Assembly (NCBI GenBank): GCA_036172245.1
Contig: JAYWIR010000044.1
Location: 1,054,001 to 1,118,000, forward strand
Reading direction: 5' to 3'
Source of the DNA: Raillietiella orientalis
Taxonomy: Eukaryota
DNA length: 64,000 bases
A program made the translations under genes and the position numbers. Below are positions 24,530-37,464 of the stretch, piece after piece (the stretch's first letter is position 1; each line of letters begins with the position of its first letter). Below the pieces are notes generated by a model. It was not told the DNA's origin and did not search any database. It saw nothing but the letters and a program-made list of their open reading frames with translations.

Positions 24530-26700
24530 AGTGCCTTCCGCCTCGGGCTGACCCAGCGAACGACCCGCGTGTCTTGAACTCCCCTGCGCTCTCATCGCAG
24601 CTACGGGGGGTCGCTACCAAAGCTCCTGCAGCAGCAGGTCGAGGAAGCGAGGAATCCGCGCGCGGAAGCAACAAGCTGGTTGCTGCTTCCTGACCAGCTG
24701 AGCAAGGTTGCCCCCCGAGTTTTCCTTCCTCTTGGTCGGAGTCGGTGGAACCCATCCTCAAGGATCGAAGAGACGGAACGAAGGTTCTGAAAAAATGGCA
24801 TGCTTTCGCCGCTTCGACGACATGGGGAGTCGCCTTCTCGAAGCGGTGCACCTTTGCGCCAGCTGCTCCGACGACTTGGCAGCCAAGGCGCAGACCCTGG
24901 TGGATAGAACAGACTGCCCGTCTGGGGGAAGGTGGACGCGTTGGAACCCTCTCATTTCCCGGATTCATGCACCTGCAAGGCTTGCACCTGCCGCGAGGGA
25001 CATATGTGGCTATGGCAACCGTGGACTTCACCTGCTGATAGCTTTGTACAAAAGGTTTCTATATTGTCGTCCGAAGATGACCATCCAGACAGCGATTTTG
25101 AAGTCTTCGGAAGTATGGCCCAAGGAGCTCAGTGGTTTTCCCTCACTTGGAGTCGCAGTGCTGCATCAGTAAAGGTCCACTCCGCTTGCATCCGGCTGGA
25201 AGAATGCCCTCCAGCACTCCGCGTGCCACTGATGTCGCCGGCGAGCTTTCCGATTCCGCCGGTTGTTCCCACTCCCTGACGCCATTGCCAGTGGCCGGTG
25301 CGAGGATTCTCTTCCCTACCATTTCCTTTCAATGTGCTAGAAGAGATGAACGAGTCGGGGTTGTCAGCAGACTGAAGCGATTGCCTATGGCAGAAGGATT
25401 GGGTTCAAATCCCAAACGCCCAAATCTCGAAAGAACATAAAAAGTAAATACACATGTTTGTTATATGTACCAATACATATCTTTCTCATATGAAACAATG
25501 CACGTTTTGTATACATACGAATACACACGTTTGTTATACATATCAATATACATGTTTGTTACATATATTTATATATATTTAATTATAACTTATTTCCATT
25601 ATAAAGATAACAGAAAATACACATGCATGTTTATAGTTCAATATTTCTACCTCCGTTTAGTATATGTTTATTATATATAATAACCACATATATTTATCTC
25701 TTGATAATTTCTAATGTAGGCTTTAAGAGTATATATCAACATATATTAATAATTTGTATGTTAAACCGTATGTAAATAAATGTTTTAATATACAAATGAG
25801 AATACATACTTACTTATTGCATTCTTTATAATATATATTCATTATTAAATATTCCCTATAATATATATATATGTATACAGATCTACATATGAATGTACAT
25901 TTTACGATCCTTTGGGATTTCGACGTTTCGGATTGATCCTTCCTCTTGATCGCTGCCGGCTGCAAAGTCAGCACCTTCTTGAATCTTGTCCGACGCCAGG
26001 CATCCCTTGCTGCGGTCTCCACGCGGGTGTTGATTGGCCGCCCTGGCTGGAAGATTCGGGCATTCCTTCACCATCCAAAGCATCCGAGGCGTCTGGAACC
26101 AGCATTCCCACCAAGGTGGCAGTCGCGGCCGTAACGTATCAGCGACACGGTGGAGCCGCCGTCGATCTCGAAAGCGACTCTTTTACATTCCGGAGTCACC
26201 ACCGAGATGCAGTCGAGGACGAGGGCTTCGTCCGATGTCTGGGATAGGAGAGGAAGGTGCTTCGCCGCCCAGCCAGGCCGGTTTTTCACGGGTCTCGCCG
26301 CTGCGCCCGACGATCAAGCGTCGCGGCTTTCCTAGTTAGTGCACCTCCGAGACCTTCCTCTCAGTCTGACCATCTTTCTGTCTTTTTTTGTTGTTGCTGC
26401 TGTTGTTCTTGCAACTGTGCCAAGCATTCTTGCCCTCGATTGCCACCGTTGGGACGAGCCACTTGTCCGTCCCCTGGCAACACGATCGCGTAAATCTGCT
26501 TCCGGTCCTTCCGAGAATATTCTTGCCGATGAGTACTGACTGCGTTGCATGTCGGACGACATTGTCATGGCAATGATGAGTGGCTAGGACATGCTGAGTC
26601 TCTTCTTTGTCGAATGCCACCGCGATCTCTATGACATGTTGCGTCCGCGGCACTGAATCCATCTGCAGTCTCGCCAGCATCCAGGGCAGGCCACTCGGCT
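24530..26700 (-). mobile_element. Helitron relic (N-terminus to Rep) interrupted by an AT-rich tract
   Basis: HCH..RFTRSCCQG, LIRYGRDCHLGG, RLQVRENH, PPSPRR..HQ..VVG, in order. Confidence 0.45.
25440..25900. repeat. AT-rich low-complexity (TA-rich) tract
   Basis: Abrupt switch to TATA/ATAT-rich sequence within GC-rich flanks. Confidence 0.85.
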
Positions 26701-27439
26701 AGAAGCTTCTTTGCCCTCATTTCTTTTATTTATCCACTGTTTCTCCTCCTCCCCCGATCTCCGTACAAGGTCGACCAAAGGGTCGTCACCTTTCCCCGAA
26801 CAAATTTCTTTCCCTTAGTAGCAACCCAGTTCCTATTGCTTCAGGTGCATTCAAGTTCATCGCGTCATTAAACGCCCTCGTAACCAGGTGGAAATGGCGA
26901 CGATGACAGCTTGCTGCTCGTGGGTCCTGAAATTCCCAGCTCCTCCAAAACACCATCATTCTCCAGATCCAAACGACTCCATGATGACCCCACGATGATC
27001 CCTAGGATGAATGCGCTTTCGACTTCTGGGAGTGCAAGGAAAAAGGCATGAGTCCAGAATTTTCTCCCACGGACGAGGGCGGCTCCAACTTCATGGACAA
27101 GGGGGGCTCCGACATCATCTGCATCCAGCCTTACGCTCCACCGTTCCCATCTGGGGCAAGAAAACGTGCTCATCGAGAGAAACTGCTGACTCGCAACTTG
27201 CACCAAGAACACCAAGTGAGAAAAATAGGGCTTGGTGGACTGCTGTGGCATCCACTCCAGCAACGGAGTGAAACGTAAGAACGGAATAGCTGCCACTGGG
27301 TGACGGAGAAAGAATAATAGAGAGCGTCGCCTGCTTCTACAGATCCGCTGCTGAAACACCAGAGTGGGCAAGGCGAAGAAAGAGAAGGACCAACTGAGGA
27401 TGGGGACTTTGCCCGACTCAGGAGAGCCAACCCGCTTCA

Positions 27440-28100
27440 GGGCAACCCTTCGTAGCACGTAGCGAACGGCGGAGTCATAGGATAACTAAAGGTTCCCAAG
27501 CGGCGGGTGGGGCCCATGAGGGAAGAAGCCATGCGCTCCAACACACACCGCTCCAAGGAAAAGCCACTGCAGATGCAGACTGTGACGTCGGTCGGGATAA
27601 GGAAACGTCCGCTCGAGGCGGCAGCATCGAGCATCACCAGAAGGCATCCGCGAAACGAAGATCGTTGTACATTTTCCTCAACGAGCCACCCACGATCGAA
27701 GGAGCACACAACGGCAGCACCATGCCTCTTGCTGTCCGGCCACCTGCGCGAGGACGTCGCCGACCTCGGAAACGCTGTTTCCAACGGAGACACTCATCTC
27801 CCCACAGCTCGAATCCGGACTCACATGCGCCCAGCACCTACTTGCTCTCGGCTGCTTTCCCAGCAGGCCATGAACAAGGCATGGGTAGGGATGGTGGTGG
27901 ACATGCAGAGTGCCGGATAGCAAGTGGTGAGAAGCGCCAGATGGCTGAACGACGCCTGCCGCCGCGTGCGTCTGCGCGTGCAAGTCGTCCTTGCGCGACC
28001 GCGGCAAGCAGCGCTTGCGTTGGTGCGGAATGCGCTCTTCATTGGCGGTTCGTTGTGGAAACCGACCGCGCTTCTTGCACAACAGTGGTCCTGCTCTTTT
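27440..28100 (-). mobile_element. Possible Helitron N-terminal relic
   Basis: VEENVQR..LDAA, VLERMASSL, PPFA. Confidence 0.3.
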
Positions 28101-28959
28101 CAGAGATGTTGACCGCTAGTGGCTGGTGCGGGCCATCCAGAGTGGATGAAGAAACGCCACGCTCTCGAGTCAGCAGCACCGACGATCAGAAAGAGAAGGC
28201 GTCCAGGGAGCGAACATGGAGGAGAATCCCTTGACCGACCTTTGGCGGACCACTTTCAAAGATCCTGGGTGCAAAGTCCCAAGGGGAAGAAGCCCCAAGG
28301 GGAGAAGACTGTCCGCCTTAGGGCTTCTTCTTTCTTCGATTCGCAGATTGTGAAGTCGCTCATGATGCGTGACCCTGCCCTCTGTGCCCTGGAGCGCGCA
28401 CCAGCGATGACTCCGGCTGGCATTGAGGGAGCTGCGGAGCATAAGAACAGTCTCTAGGCCGCATCCTCAGCCGGCGAGTGGGGAAACGAATCCACGGTCG
28501 CGACGGACCGGTGACGAACATCGGGTGGTCTCTGGGGGTCGACAGCCGTCAGTCGCGCCGGTTCCGGGAACGGAATCAAAGTTCGAGGAAGACGCCGGTG
28601 CTTCAGGGTTACGGAAAGAGGACGAGTCTTTCCCTGGTGAGCCTTCGTCAGCGGTACCCGGAGAGGCAAGAAAGAAGGGAGAGGGACGAAGTGGAGAGGA
28701 CGAAGAGTCTTGCTCCGAAGGGGACGCCTGAGACCCTGATGGCAACCGCCTAGGGATGGAGAAAATGTGCAGTGCTGAGAACCTTCCAAGAACGGCACGT
28801 TGTAGACGACTCTTCCGGGCATGAGACAGTCGATCGTCCTTCTATGGGAATCGAGCTGGACGTCCAGCTGAAGAGAAGAGCCGCGTTGGCAGACGCTCTC
28901 CTTGAAAAGAGCAGCGCGCTTCTTACACTCTGGAAAGGCAACCACCCTCCGAGGAAAGT

Positions 28960-29260
28960 ACCAACCAGCTGCATGGCACGCAATGGACGGCTCCATTTGC
29001 ACAACCGGATTGGAACCCCGAAAAGCTCCCTGATTTCTGGAAAGACCCTGGAGGGTCGACTTCCTATCCCGGATAGCCAACGACGCATCCCGTTTCCGAC
29101 TTCCACCAATGCCGCCGCACTTGAAACCAACCGAGGTCAACCAGCGTCATCTTGCGGGGAGGACTCGAAATCCCCGAAGCAGTCCGTGTTCTCGACATCG
29201 ATCCTCCAAGTGAGGATTCGAACCCGTAACGCTCTGTGCCATGCCCGAGGACCCCAGCCA
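28960..29260 (-). mobile_element. Partial SINE-like copy (head portion, no LINE insertion)
   Basis: GGCTCCATTT..GGAAAGACCCTGGAG..GTTTCCGACTTCCA..GGTCAACCAGCGTCATC..GGATTCGAACCCGTAACG, collinear with the other copies. Confidence 0.65.
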
Positions 29261-29339
29261 CAAGGCTGCCAGCGCGTCTGTTGAGCTGGACGTCCAGCCC
29301 AAGAGACATCCGGGAGACAGACGCGAGGGTTCCAGCTGC

Positions 29340-30080
29340 TGGGTGTTCCTGGGGTGGCTTTCTCGACTTGTAGAAGTTCAGTGCTTCGGTTTTCAACAGA
29401 AATTCAAGTGTATTCATGGTTGCTGGGTCGGATGTGGGGTCAAGGCGGACTAAGAAGTTTTTCGGGGAGACGCAAACGGAGACGTTCGTCCTGACGCATG
29501 ACCCCTGATATAAGGCTGACGGTGCTGCATACGATGACTGAAGATGGCAGCATGGGTTTCGTCGCAGTTTCTGGAGCCTCCCGGTGCCCATCCGTTTTCA
29601 AGCTGGTTTTCCGTTGGACCAGCGATTGCGTTTCGGAGCGAGGGTGGATTCTCAGAATGGAAATGCCGTGAATGAGCCAACGCTGCTGATTTATTTGCCC
29701 TGACCAGGGCGTTCATGAACCAAGGATGGTTAGCGCCGTTCCGTTGTACAGTACGAGCCAGGTGGCGACGACTACAAGGACCCATACGGTGTTCCCCATC
29801 TGTTTAAAGGATATTCGGAAGGCAGCATTACAATCATCGTTTCGATATAGCAGCGATCCGTGTGGCTGGATGGCGCGAAATTGGTCCCACAAAGGTTTTT
29901 CTGCCACGGATGGAGTGCAACCATATGTAGATCTTACATTCATGCTGACCTCATGGCAAGCATTTTGCTGTGTTGTCGCCCGTTCAGCCAGAGGAAAGCT
30001 GCATGGGCGAAGGATGGAGGCTTGGTCGAATCGCCAAAGACGTAGCAAACGTAGGGCATGGTGTCTATAGGTCACAGAGA
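29340..30080 (-). mobile_element. Helitron N-terminal relic
   Basis: PCSFPLAE..NACHE, YRNDDCNAAF..MG, LYNGTALTILGS, RNP..Y, DPATMN. Confidence 0.45.
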
Positions 30081-30399
30081 AGGCACACGCCGAGTCGAAC
30101 GCCAGTACTTTGGCTGATGGAGTGCAAGGCAGCGAGTAGCAAGGATGCCGCAGTCGAGACAGAGTGGATTTATAAAAGGATGGGAAATGACGAACATTCG
30201 CTTGCTGGCTGGATTTCTGACAAGTGAGGAGACAAGAGCAAGCCTAGATCGCAAGGGGGTTACAGGGGGTGGCCGTTCAAACAAGCACTCCAAAAGGACT
30301 TCACCGTCATCCCTGGAACGAGAGTCTGTTGCAGGTGTGGAAGATCCGTCCTCACGAATGGGATTGGTCCCGTCCCCTTGTTTTCTTTACTTAACCATC

Positions 30400-31640
30400 T
30401 CAAGTTTCATGTGGACCATGAGAGCGTTCCTGGCTTCCAGCTTTTAGTCCCTGGTTCGATGACGCAAGCTCTGTGTACACACTCCTGCCTTCTCAACCCC
30501 GGCCTCCAAAGGAGCAACTGTAAGGCCACATCACACAGTCGGCTTAGCTCCGGGACCACGGCCAAGTTTGGGAGTGCGTCACTGTGCGACACGGGGTGGA
30601 GAAGGGGACCTCCCGTTTGATGCACCTACCGCACCTCTGGCCACGCTGCGAGGAGCTTGCAATTTTTAATTCCAGTGCGCGCTGTCGGGACGCGGTGGGG
30701 AGGTACGCGCTGCCTGGATTCACACCTGCCTTTCTAAGTTCGGTGCCGCGTCCCAGGAGGCACCCTAGTTGGAGGGAAAGGACGCTGGCGGCGTTAGAGA
30801 AGGGAGCAGGAGCCTGCCTTCCCGAATGCCGCGTCGGATTCGCGGAGAGCAACCTCACACTGAACGGGCCGAGAACCATCTCGGTCCGTTCCTCGAAGGC
30901 AAGTTCGTCTTGCCGGAACGGGCCTTCACCTGGAACACTTTTGTTGCCTCCTTCCTTCGCTCCTTATTTTTTGTTTGCCTGCCCCCTCATTTGGGGAAGA
31001 TCTGGGCGCAGCGCCTACTACGCAAAGCCTTGTGGGGTGCTGCAAAGTCCCGGATCTGACTGAAAGACTTGGTAACGTGGAGCCGGGACGGGCACCCTGA
31101 TCATCAAGAAAATCAGACTACAGTCTCAATTCCGACTTCTTCTCTGCCTGTGTAGGAAACTGTGGTCCTCGCATTGGTGTGCTCCGTCACGCCACATCCT
31201 CCAGGGATGCCTTAGTGCAGGAATTCTTCCGCTGCTGCCGCGCAACCTACTTCGGAGGGCTGGATTCGGCGGCTCCCTGAGGCATCTGTTCACCCTGCTG
31301 CTAGCCCATCCGTTGATCCCCTGCAGCCCCATAAACTGAAATGTCTGGCAGCAGGAGGTTCTAAAGTCCTGGGCTGCAAACTTTGGAAGTGCGCCCAGAG
31401 GAACTGCGACTGCTGCAGTCTCCTACGCAAACCACTAGGAGATCTGCAGCATTGGATGCAATGGTCCCGGATAGCCCTCTCACCCCTTGCTGCGGCGCGA
31501 TCCTCCCTCAGGGGAAGCAATCGCAGCAGCCAACCGGCAGGGTAGGAGTTGTCCTGCAATACTGCAAAAGTCGAAAAACACCTGGAAGGCAGCAAGACGA
31601 GCGAGTTGGTCAATGCCGCCACTCCTCGTTTCCGGACGAA
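30400..31640 (+). mobile_element. Decayed RT/C-terminal fragment of the L1/Tx1-like family, tail-to-tail with the 31668-35690 copy
   Basis: EGKFVLPERAFTWNTFVAS..LLRKALWGAAKSRI (cf. DNFLLPKRAAVGNTLV), LQSQFRLL..KLWSSHWC (cf. LESQLQ..KSWSTDWC). Confidence 0.6.
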
Positions 31641-31667
31641 GGGACTGATTCGGTGGAGTGGCCTGCA

Positions 31668-34600
31668 TGGTTTATCACCCAGTCACACCGAAGCGTTTAT
31701 CATAAAAAATAGTAAATAAACACATGTGTAGGGCCATCGGCCCTACATTGTCCGAAAATGCTCGGAACCTGCCGAGTAACCGGCACGCAGGCCGGCGAGG
31801 TTCGCCTTGGCAGCGGAGCGGGAAAAGGAAAACAAAATTAAAAATGAAACAAAAAAATACATACTAAAGGATTGAGAAGGTTCGGGAACGGATCACTGGG
31901 TGCTGGAGGACGTCCTCTGCATTCTTTCCAGGATGCCGGCAAGTTCCATTCGAGTATGCTCCAGGTGAGGCCATTTAGCTGCCGTCCTCATGGAGCTCAG
32001 GGCGGAGCAGATGGAGTCCCTATCGTGCCGTCCCCCTCTTGCTGGCCCTGGGCTGCCGCGATCACTCACAGGCAACAGCAAAGAGCTTCTGAGGATACGG
32101 CAGGCGAAAGGGCATCGCGCACGAAGAGGCGCCCCTGGGATTGTCCGTCGGTGCGCCAAGGGCCGTTGCATAACGCAACCACAAGCTTAAGAGCATGAGA
32201 AAGAAAATGAGGAGAATCGAGATCATTTGTTACTGGAGAAGGGGGATTGTCATCTTCAGAACGAGAACGATGGTGTAACACAGCAGATTCGTCTACGTAT
32301 TTCGACAAAAAAGCCTTTAGTCCCCGAGTAGGCATGAATTCATCTAGAATGCGACTTGTGTCACAAACACTGTATGCACCATCTCGAATACTAACCAATT
32401 CCTCTGTCCTCATCTGCACATCAATGCAGTAAATGGCACAGAAGGAAAGGCGAACATGCAACAGAGACAAAGGCAGCACACTGAACAAATGGTGGCAACC
32501 TCTGCATTAGGCTGCTGACTGGTAGAACACTACCTCCTAATTGCACAAAACTGGGCAATTTGCTCAAGGAGAGCAATGGTGCATAAGTGCTATCCGATAA
32601 ATACATGATATCAGAAGTGCAATTCAACAAAGCTTCAAGATAAGTTCTCATCATGCAATGAGGATTAGAGAGAGGAGAACCTCCATTAGTTCCTAAGTGT
32701 AATCGATAACTACCGTCTGCATCCCATGTGAATGTTACTGTACATTCTAATTGAGCACCATAAGCCACTGTCAGCTTTTTATAATTATAAACCTTAATAG
32801 AGGGACTATTAGATTGGCAAATAGCTGGCAGTTGCAAAACTAAATGAAATGAATGGCACATAGCTGCCCCAATCAGCTAGGAAGGAGTTCACTACTTTGA
32901 CAGGATCATTCATATCATACACCAAATTCACAGGAATACGGGATTCTCGATGCAAAATGACTGCCAGTTAGTTAGACGCCGAAGGGTAACACAGCTTACA
33001 AACAGGTGAGGGAGCTGTGATTCTCGTTCCCCGCTCCTGCCACAGTTCGGATTTACAGCCCTTCGGGTCCAGTGAGACCGGCAGCCGTTCTACGGGAGAC
33101 TCCAGTGCAACAGCAGAAGTGCCGACTCCCGTCACTTCAGGGGGAGGGCCTGACTGTTCTTCAGCTCTGTGGGCCACTCGAGGTCTTCCCGTGGGATTCC
33201 CAGCAGCTCACTGCAGCGCAATAGTCCTATCGGTGGTGCACTTGCGGTTGCAGCGTCCGTGAGCTGCCCTGTGGTCCGACCACCTAATTCCTTTACCCGA
33301 AGACGTACTTCGCAACTGCCCTGCGATTTGGCCGGCTGGTTGCTGCCCAGTTGCTCCCTGTGGGAGGGCAGTGCCGCGGCTAGGGAGGTTCTTTGCGCCC
33401 ACGCACACATGGTGGGGCCGCACGATGACGTCCTGCAGCGAACGGTTGTTGTAGAAGGAGCACAGCAGTCGTTGCCGAATCTCCAGAATCGCTTCGTTGT
33501 CCATGACCCACGTGCAGACGGCTTCCTGCAACCAGGTGCTACCTTTCGCGGGCCGGCAGAAGATCCAGTTGTTGGCCCTGTTAGCTTGGTCACAGGTTGG
33601 AGCTTTAGTCCCCATGTGGACACGTTGCATCTGCGCCGCCGCGCCAGGAGCGAAGACGACCGGTGGCTCGCTTGACCAGGTATCGTGCGGGATGCACCAG
33701 TCTGTGCTCCATGACTTCGCCTCTAGGGCGAGTGTCGTGCACTGGAGCTGTGACTCCAGGCGCTCCAGCGTCAGGAGGCCCAAGACCTCCGTCGCGATGC
33801 GCAGCGCACAAGCCCTTCAGGCGGACTCGGGACCTGCCTGTGCCTCACAGAGTGATTCTCAGGGGGTTCTTCATCAGCTGTTTTTACTTCTCGGTGGGAA
33901 AGCAGGGGGTGGAAGAGGAGGGTCACTAACGTGTTCCCCACCGCGGCCCGTTTCGGCAAGAGAAAATTGTCATCCTTGAACGGGCTGATTGCCGACTCTG
34001 CCTTCTGGAGGCAACTGAACCGCGCCTTCACAGGGAGATTGCCCCCCAACGGTACACTGAGGTACTTAAAGCACCGAACTGTGGGGATCCCCAAGAGGAT
34101 CCAGTCCAGCTGCCCTGCATACACCGAACCGACTGCTACCACGGACGATTTCGCCCTGTTCACCTACAGTCTTGTCCCGCAGGTTAACATCTTGAAGAAG
34201 TGTTCGAGCACCAACGCCGGGGTGGACATGGAGAGCAGCAGCAGGAGATCGCCCGCATATGCTGACATCACCGATATGGCTTGGTACGCGCGTGACAGGC
34301 GAGCCAGAGTTTTCTCTTACGCCCTCAGCACCAACTCGAAGTAGGTGCTGAAGAACAAGGGGTTCAGGCTGCCGCCCTGCCGTATCCCGCAGCGCACCAG
34401 TACACCGTACACGCTTTGTCCTCTGAAAGAAATCGTTAGCGCGTGGCGCCATCAGGAGCTCAGTAACGCCGTGAAAGAGATCGGGAAGCTCATGCGTTCC
34501 AGAAGCTCCAGAAGAAGCTCCTGGTCGACCTAGTCGAATGATTTGCGCAAGTCGACTGCGACCGCAAGGACCCTCACTCCCTCCTGACCATCCAGCTTAC

Positions 34601-35690
34601 CACCGGTGGGCGTCCCGGAATTCGAGATGCCGACCGTGTTCCCTTTCATTCGCTCTGCACCTCTGGAACTCGAACCAGGTGTTCACGAAGAGCAGATTGG
34701 CATCCATGCTCTTCCCGGGAAGCATAGGTCTGCTCCGTGCTAATCACGGTCTCTGTCACCCGCCCCAATCGCTACCATCACAGTTTCTCCAGCAACTTGG
34801 CGTCCGCGTTCAACATGGTGATCGGACGCCAGTTGCTGAGGTTCCTTAGGTATCCTCCCTTCGGGAGGAGACGCATCCCTGCTGATCGGAAGGAGGCGGG
34901 AACGTCGCTTATCTCCCGATTCATCAGGGTTAAGCGCTGCACCAGGAGGGTCAGCTCCATCGCGAAACATTGGAAGAACTCCGAGGGCAGGCCGTCCTCC
35001 CCTGGGGCCTTCCACCTCTTGAGCTTCCCGATTGCGGTGATGATTTCACCCATCGTGAAAGGCTCGTCAAGACGTTCTCTCTCCTCCTCACTCCTCCCCG
35101 AAAAGCAAGAGCCGAGAGATGCCCCGCTCTGGAGGAGCCCTAGCGTACAGGAAGAAGTAATAACTGCGCCGCAGGGTTCAAGTGCTCCTGACCTTCTTCG
35201 TCCAGCAGGCTGACCGACCTGGATTGCCAGGCTTGCCGCACAACCCCGGTTTTGTGCTTTGCCAGTCGGCGGATGTCTATCGGGTGTGGTGACAAGCCTG
35301 CAAATGCACTCTTTCGTTCCAAACACCCTCGCCGAGTCCTCTTAGAGACGGTCCAGGAGGAAATGCTCGCGGAACTCTCAGACCAAGACCTTCAAATCGT
35401 CCCATTCGTCGAGCTGCAAACTGCAACCTTGCAGGAACGCGCGGAGGTGTTCCGCGGCACCTGGCATTTTTGATCCAGTTCCTCGGAAGTCACCACGCCT
35501 AAGAAGGAGGAGGGTCCTCTGTCACGCGAAAGAATTTCAAGTTCCATTGGAACAGTGTTAAAGAGCTACGTGAGCCGCGAGGCACGCGACGGCTCTTGAG
35601 GTACTTAGGAACCTGCTTGCTGTGCCCCCCGAAGAACTCGTAGTCCGTTCCCTTTGCATGAACACCTTCGTGTTCCCGTTACGATGAAAA
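31668..35690 (-). mobile_element. L1/Tx1-like non-LTR retrotransposon, longest copy: end of endonuclease, RT, C-terminal region and 3' UTR; inactive; interrupted by MED14 fragment
   Basis: ORF 34778-35326: LDEPFTMGEIITAI..KAPGEDGLPSEFF..LLPKGG..NWRPITMLNADAKLLEK; downstream VDLRKSFD*VD, GIRQGGSLNPLFF, AYAGD (decayed YADD), VNRAKS, FKYLSVPL, RDGGLGL; several stops and frameshifts. Confidence 0.9.
32190..32967 (-). pseudogene. MED14: Mediator subunit 14 internal fragment, frameshifted, no introns seen, embedded in a LINE copy
   Basis: Translation VVNSFLADW / IKVYNYKKLTVAYG / NPHCMMRTYLEALLN / STYAPLLSLSKLP / LVSIRDGAYS..DEFMPTRGLKAFLSKYVDESAV..RSRSEDDNPPSP matches the recalled animal MED14 segment; frame changes at ~32868 (G run) and ~32487; no start or terminal exons. 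Confidence 0.88.
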
Positions 35691-35694
35691 TAAG

Positions 35695-36345
35695 ATGTTC
35701 GGCTGTTTCTGCACCGGGGATCCCAGTGCAAGCAGCTCGGACGAGTTTCCGGTTTCCGGGGAAGTTGACTCCTTGTACTGTTCCAGGTGCAGGGCAATAG
35801 AATCGCTTCCACGCCTCCTGTTGAACTGCAGTGCCCTAAAGGACTTGTGGTGGAGACTCATTCCGTCGACCGCAGGACGATGCCACGGACTTGCTGCGAC
35901 GCTTCTTCACAGAAAGCGGACTGGAGAAGGGAGCTGTGATCGCAAAATCGGTTGGATCGCAAAATTGGATTTCGCAAAATCGGATGGCGCCACAGCGACA
36001 GCCCGCTACGTGTTGGAGTCATGTTTGCGGCGAAGAGAGGCCACCGGTATGGCAGCAGCCCTCATGAGGACAGCAGCAAGGCGGTCTCATCTGTCAGAAG
36101 AAGTCAACGAGGAGCTCGCCACCATTAACAGCCGCTTTTAAAGAGGAAGGAACATCTTTAACCAAAGATCCCTCTCAACACCCTCCCGCCTTTTTTTATT
36201 TCTTTGTTATCCCCTCCCTCCATTCCTTACTTTTTGGAAGCCGGCCTGCGTGTCGGTGGTTATCCCGGACGATCTTTTTTTTTGGCATTGTGAATACTTT
36301 TCCACTCTTACTGGTGGCTTACTTTGTGTTTTTAAGAATAAACGT
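35695..36345 (+). mobile_element. 3' end of a second, different LINE family
   Basis: YCSRCRAIESLPRLLLNCSALKDLW resembles the C-terminal CCHC finger; stop at 36141, T-rich UTR, AATAAA at ~36337. Confidence 0.55.
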
Positions 36346-36649
36346 CCCGAAGTAACGGGGTTCGAACTTCACGCCGAAGGCTCTCCGTCATACGTGCCCT
36401 CAGATAGTTGCTGGTGGTGAATGCTGAGCAGATGGTCCGTCAAGGCGAGAACTTCCTACCTTCTTTCCTTTTCCGATGCGTTCATCACGTCTGCGGAAAG
36501 ATCGATGCCGCGGTTTGCATCCCAAGGGCACCCCTGATCTGCGAAGGGCATAGCCAGGGAAAAGGCGCGGGAAACCACGGAAGAAATTCGGAAGCCGCAG
36601 CGGGGCAGCGGCGGATCGGAGCCTTCCAGGAGAGGTAGCGGACTTGGCT

Positions 36650-37100
36650 CACTCTCGCGGGAGTCATCGCGGGAATCGAAGGCTCCCTTCGGACGAGCTG
36701 CTACAGCGCGACCGTTCCAGTGAGGATCACCGCCTCCAGGCGACGTTCCCACACCTTTCGCAGTGTCCCAATCTGCTCCCGGACTCACGGTAGACACGAC
36801 CCGCATCGTTGTTTCCAAGTGGGCTTGCTGAATGAAGGTTGTCCAGGGGAGGGAGGGCGCAGCCGAGGTAGGCCAAAATCAGCACGGATCGGTAGCGGCG
36901 GTAACCAACAAAATCCCTCCACGTGACCCCGGGGCGTTGGCGTATTCGACAGGTCGCTGCCATGGCGGCAAAGGCCTTGTGGAAACGACCACGTGAGGGT
37001 GCCCGACGACGTCCAAGTCAAGTCGCGACTCTTCAGAACTGAAATGCCGGGGAGTCCACTGGAAAAGCGCTCATGAGCACGACGTGCACGCCGAAGTTCG
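36650..37100 (-). mobile_element. Helitron PIF1 helicase C-terminal relic
   Basis: SSGLPGISVLK..QGLCRHG (cf. GxPxHxLxLK..GLCNG), GLPRL, EQIGTLRKV..L..VILTG (cf. SQGQTLxxVG..VFxHG). Confidence 0.5.
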
Positions 37101-37464
37101 AGGAAGCGCAGCCGCGCACTTCTCAGGAACCAAGCAGCCTCGCGAAAGTTGCGATTCACGCGATCCGTTGCCTGGTGCACGCTCCTTCTTCCTACCTATA
37201 AATGGACGAGCCGCTTCCGAAGGAGGAACTCAACCAAACTCAAGCAGGCGTCCCAGCAAGCAGACACAAGGAGCCACCGTCGAACCGACACCCGGCGGCC
37301 GCCGACCTTCATCTGAACAAAAATGAAGGAGGAACTCTCGTTCTCGACGCGGGCCATATTTCTTTTTTTTCTTTCCAAACGCCAGTAGCGGCCTCACGGA
37401 GAGATCGTTGTCAAGATGATGGAAATCCCTTTGGGGTTCTTATGCTTCGCTGCTTTCCTTCCGG

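Noticed and set aside
33771..35326. Active reverse transcriptase or a retron/DGR-type system
   Set aside because: Non-LTR-type motifs, YADD decayed to YAGD, several stops and frameshifts, no accessory genes.
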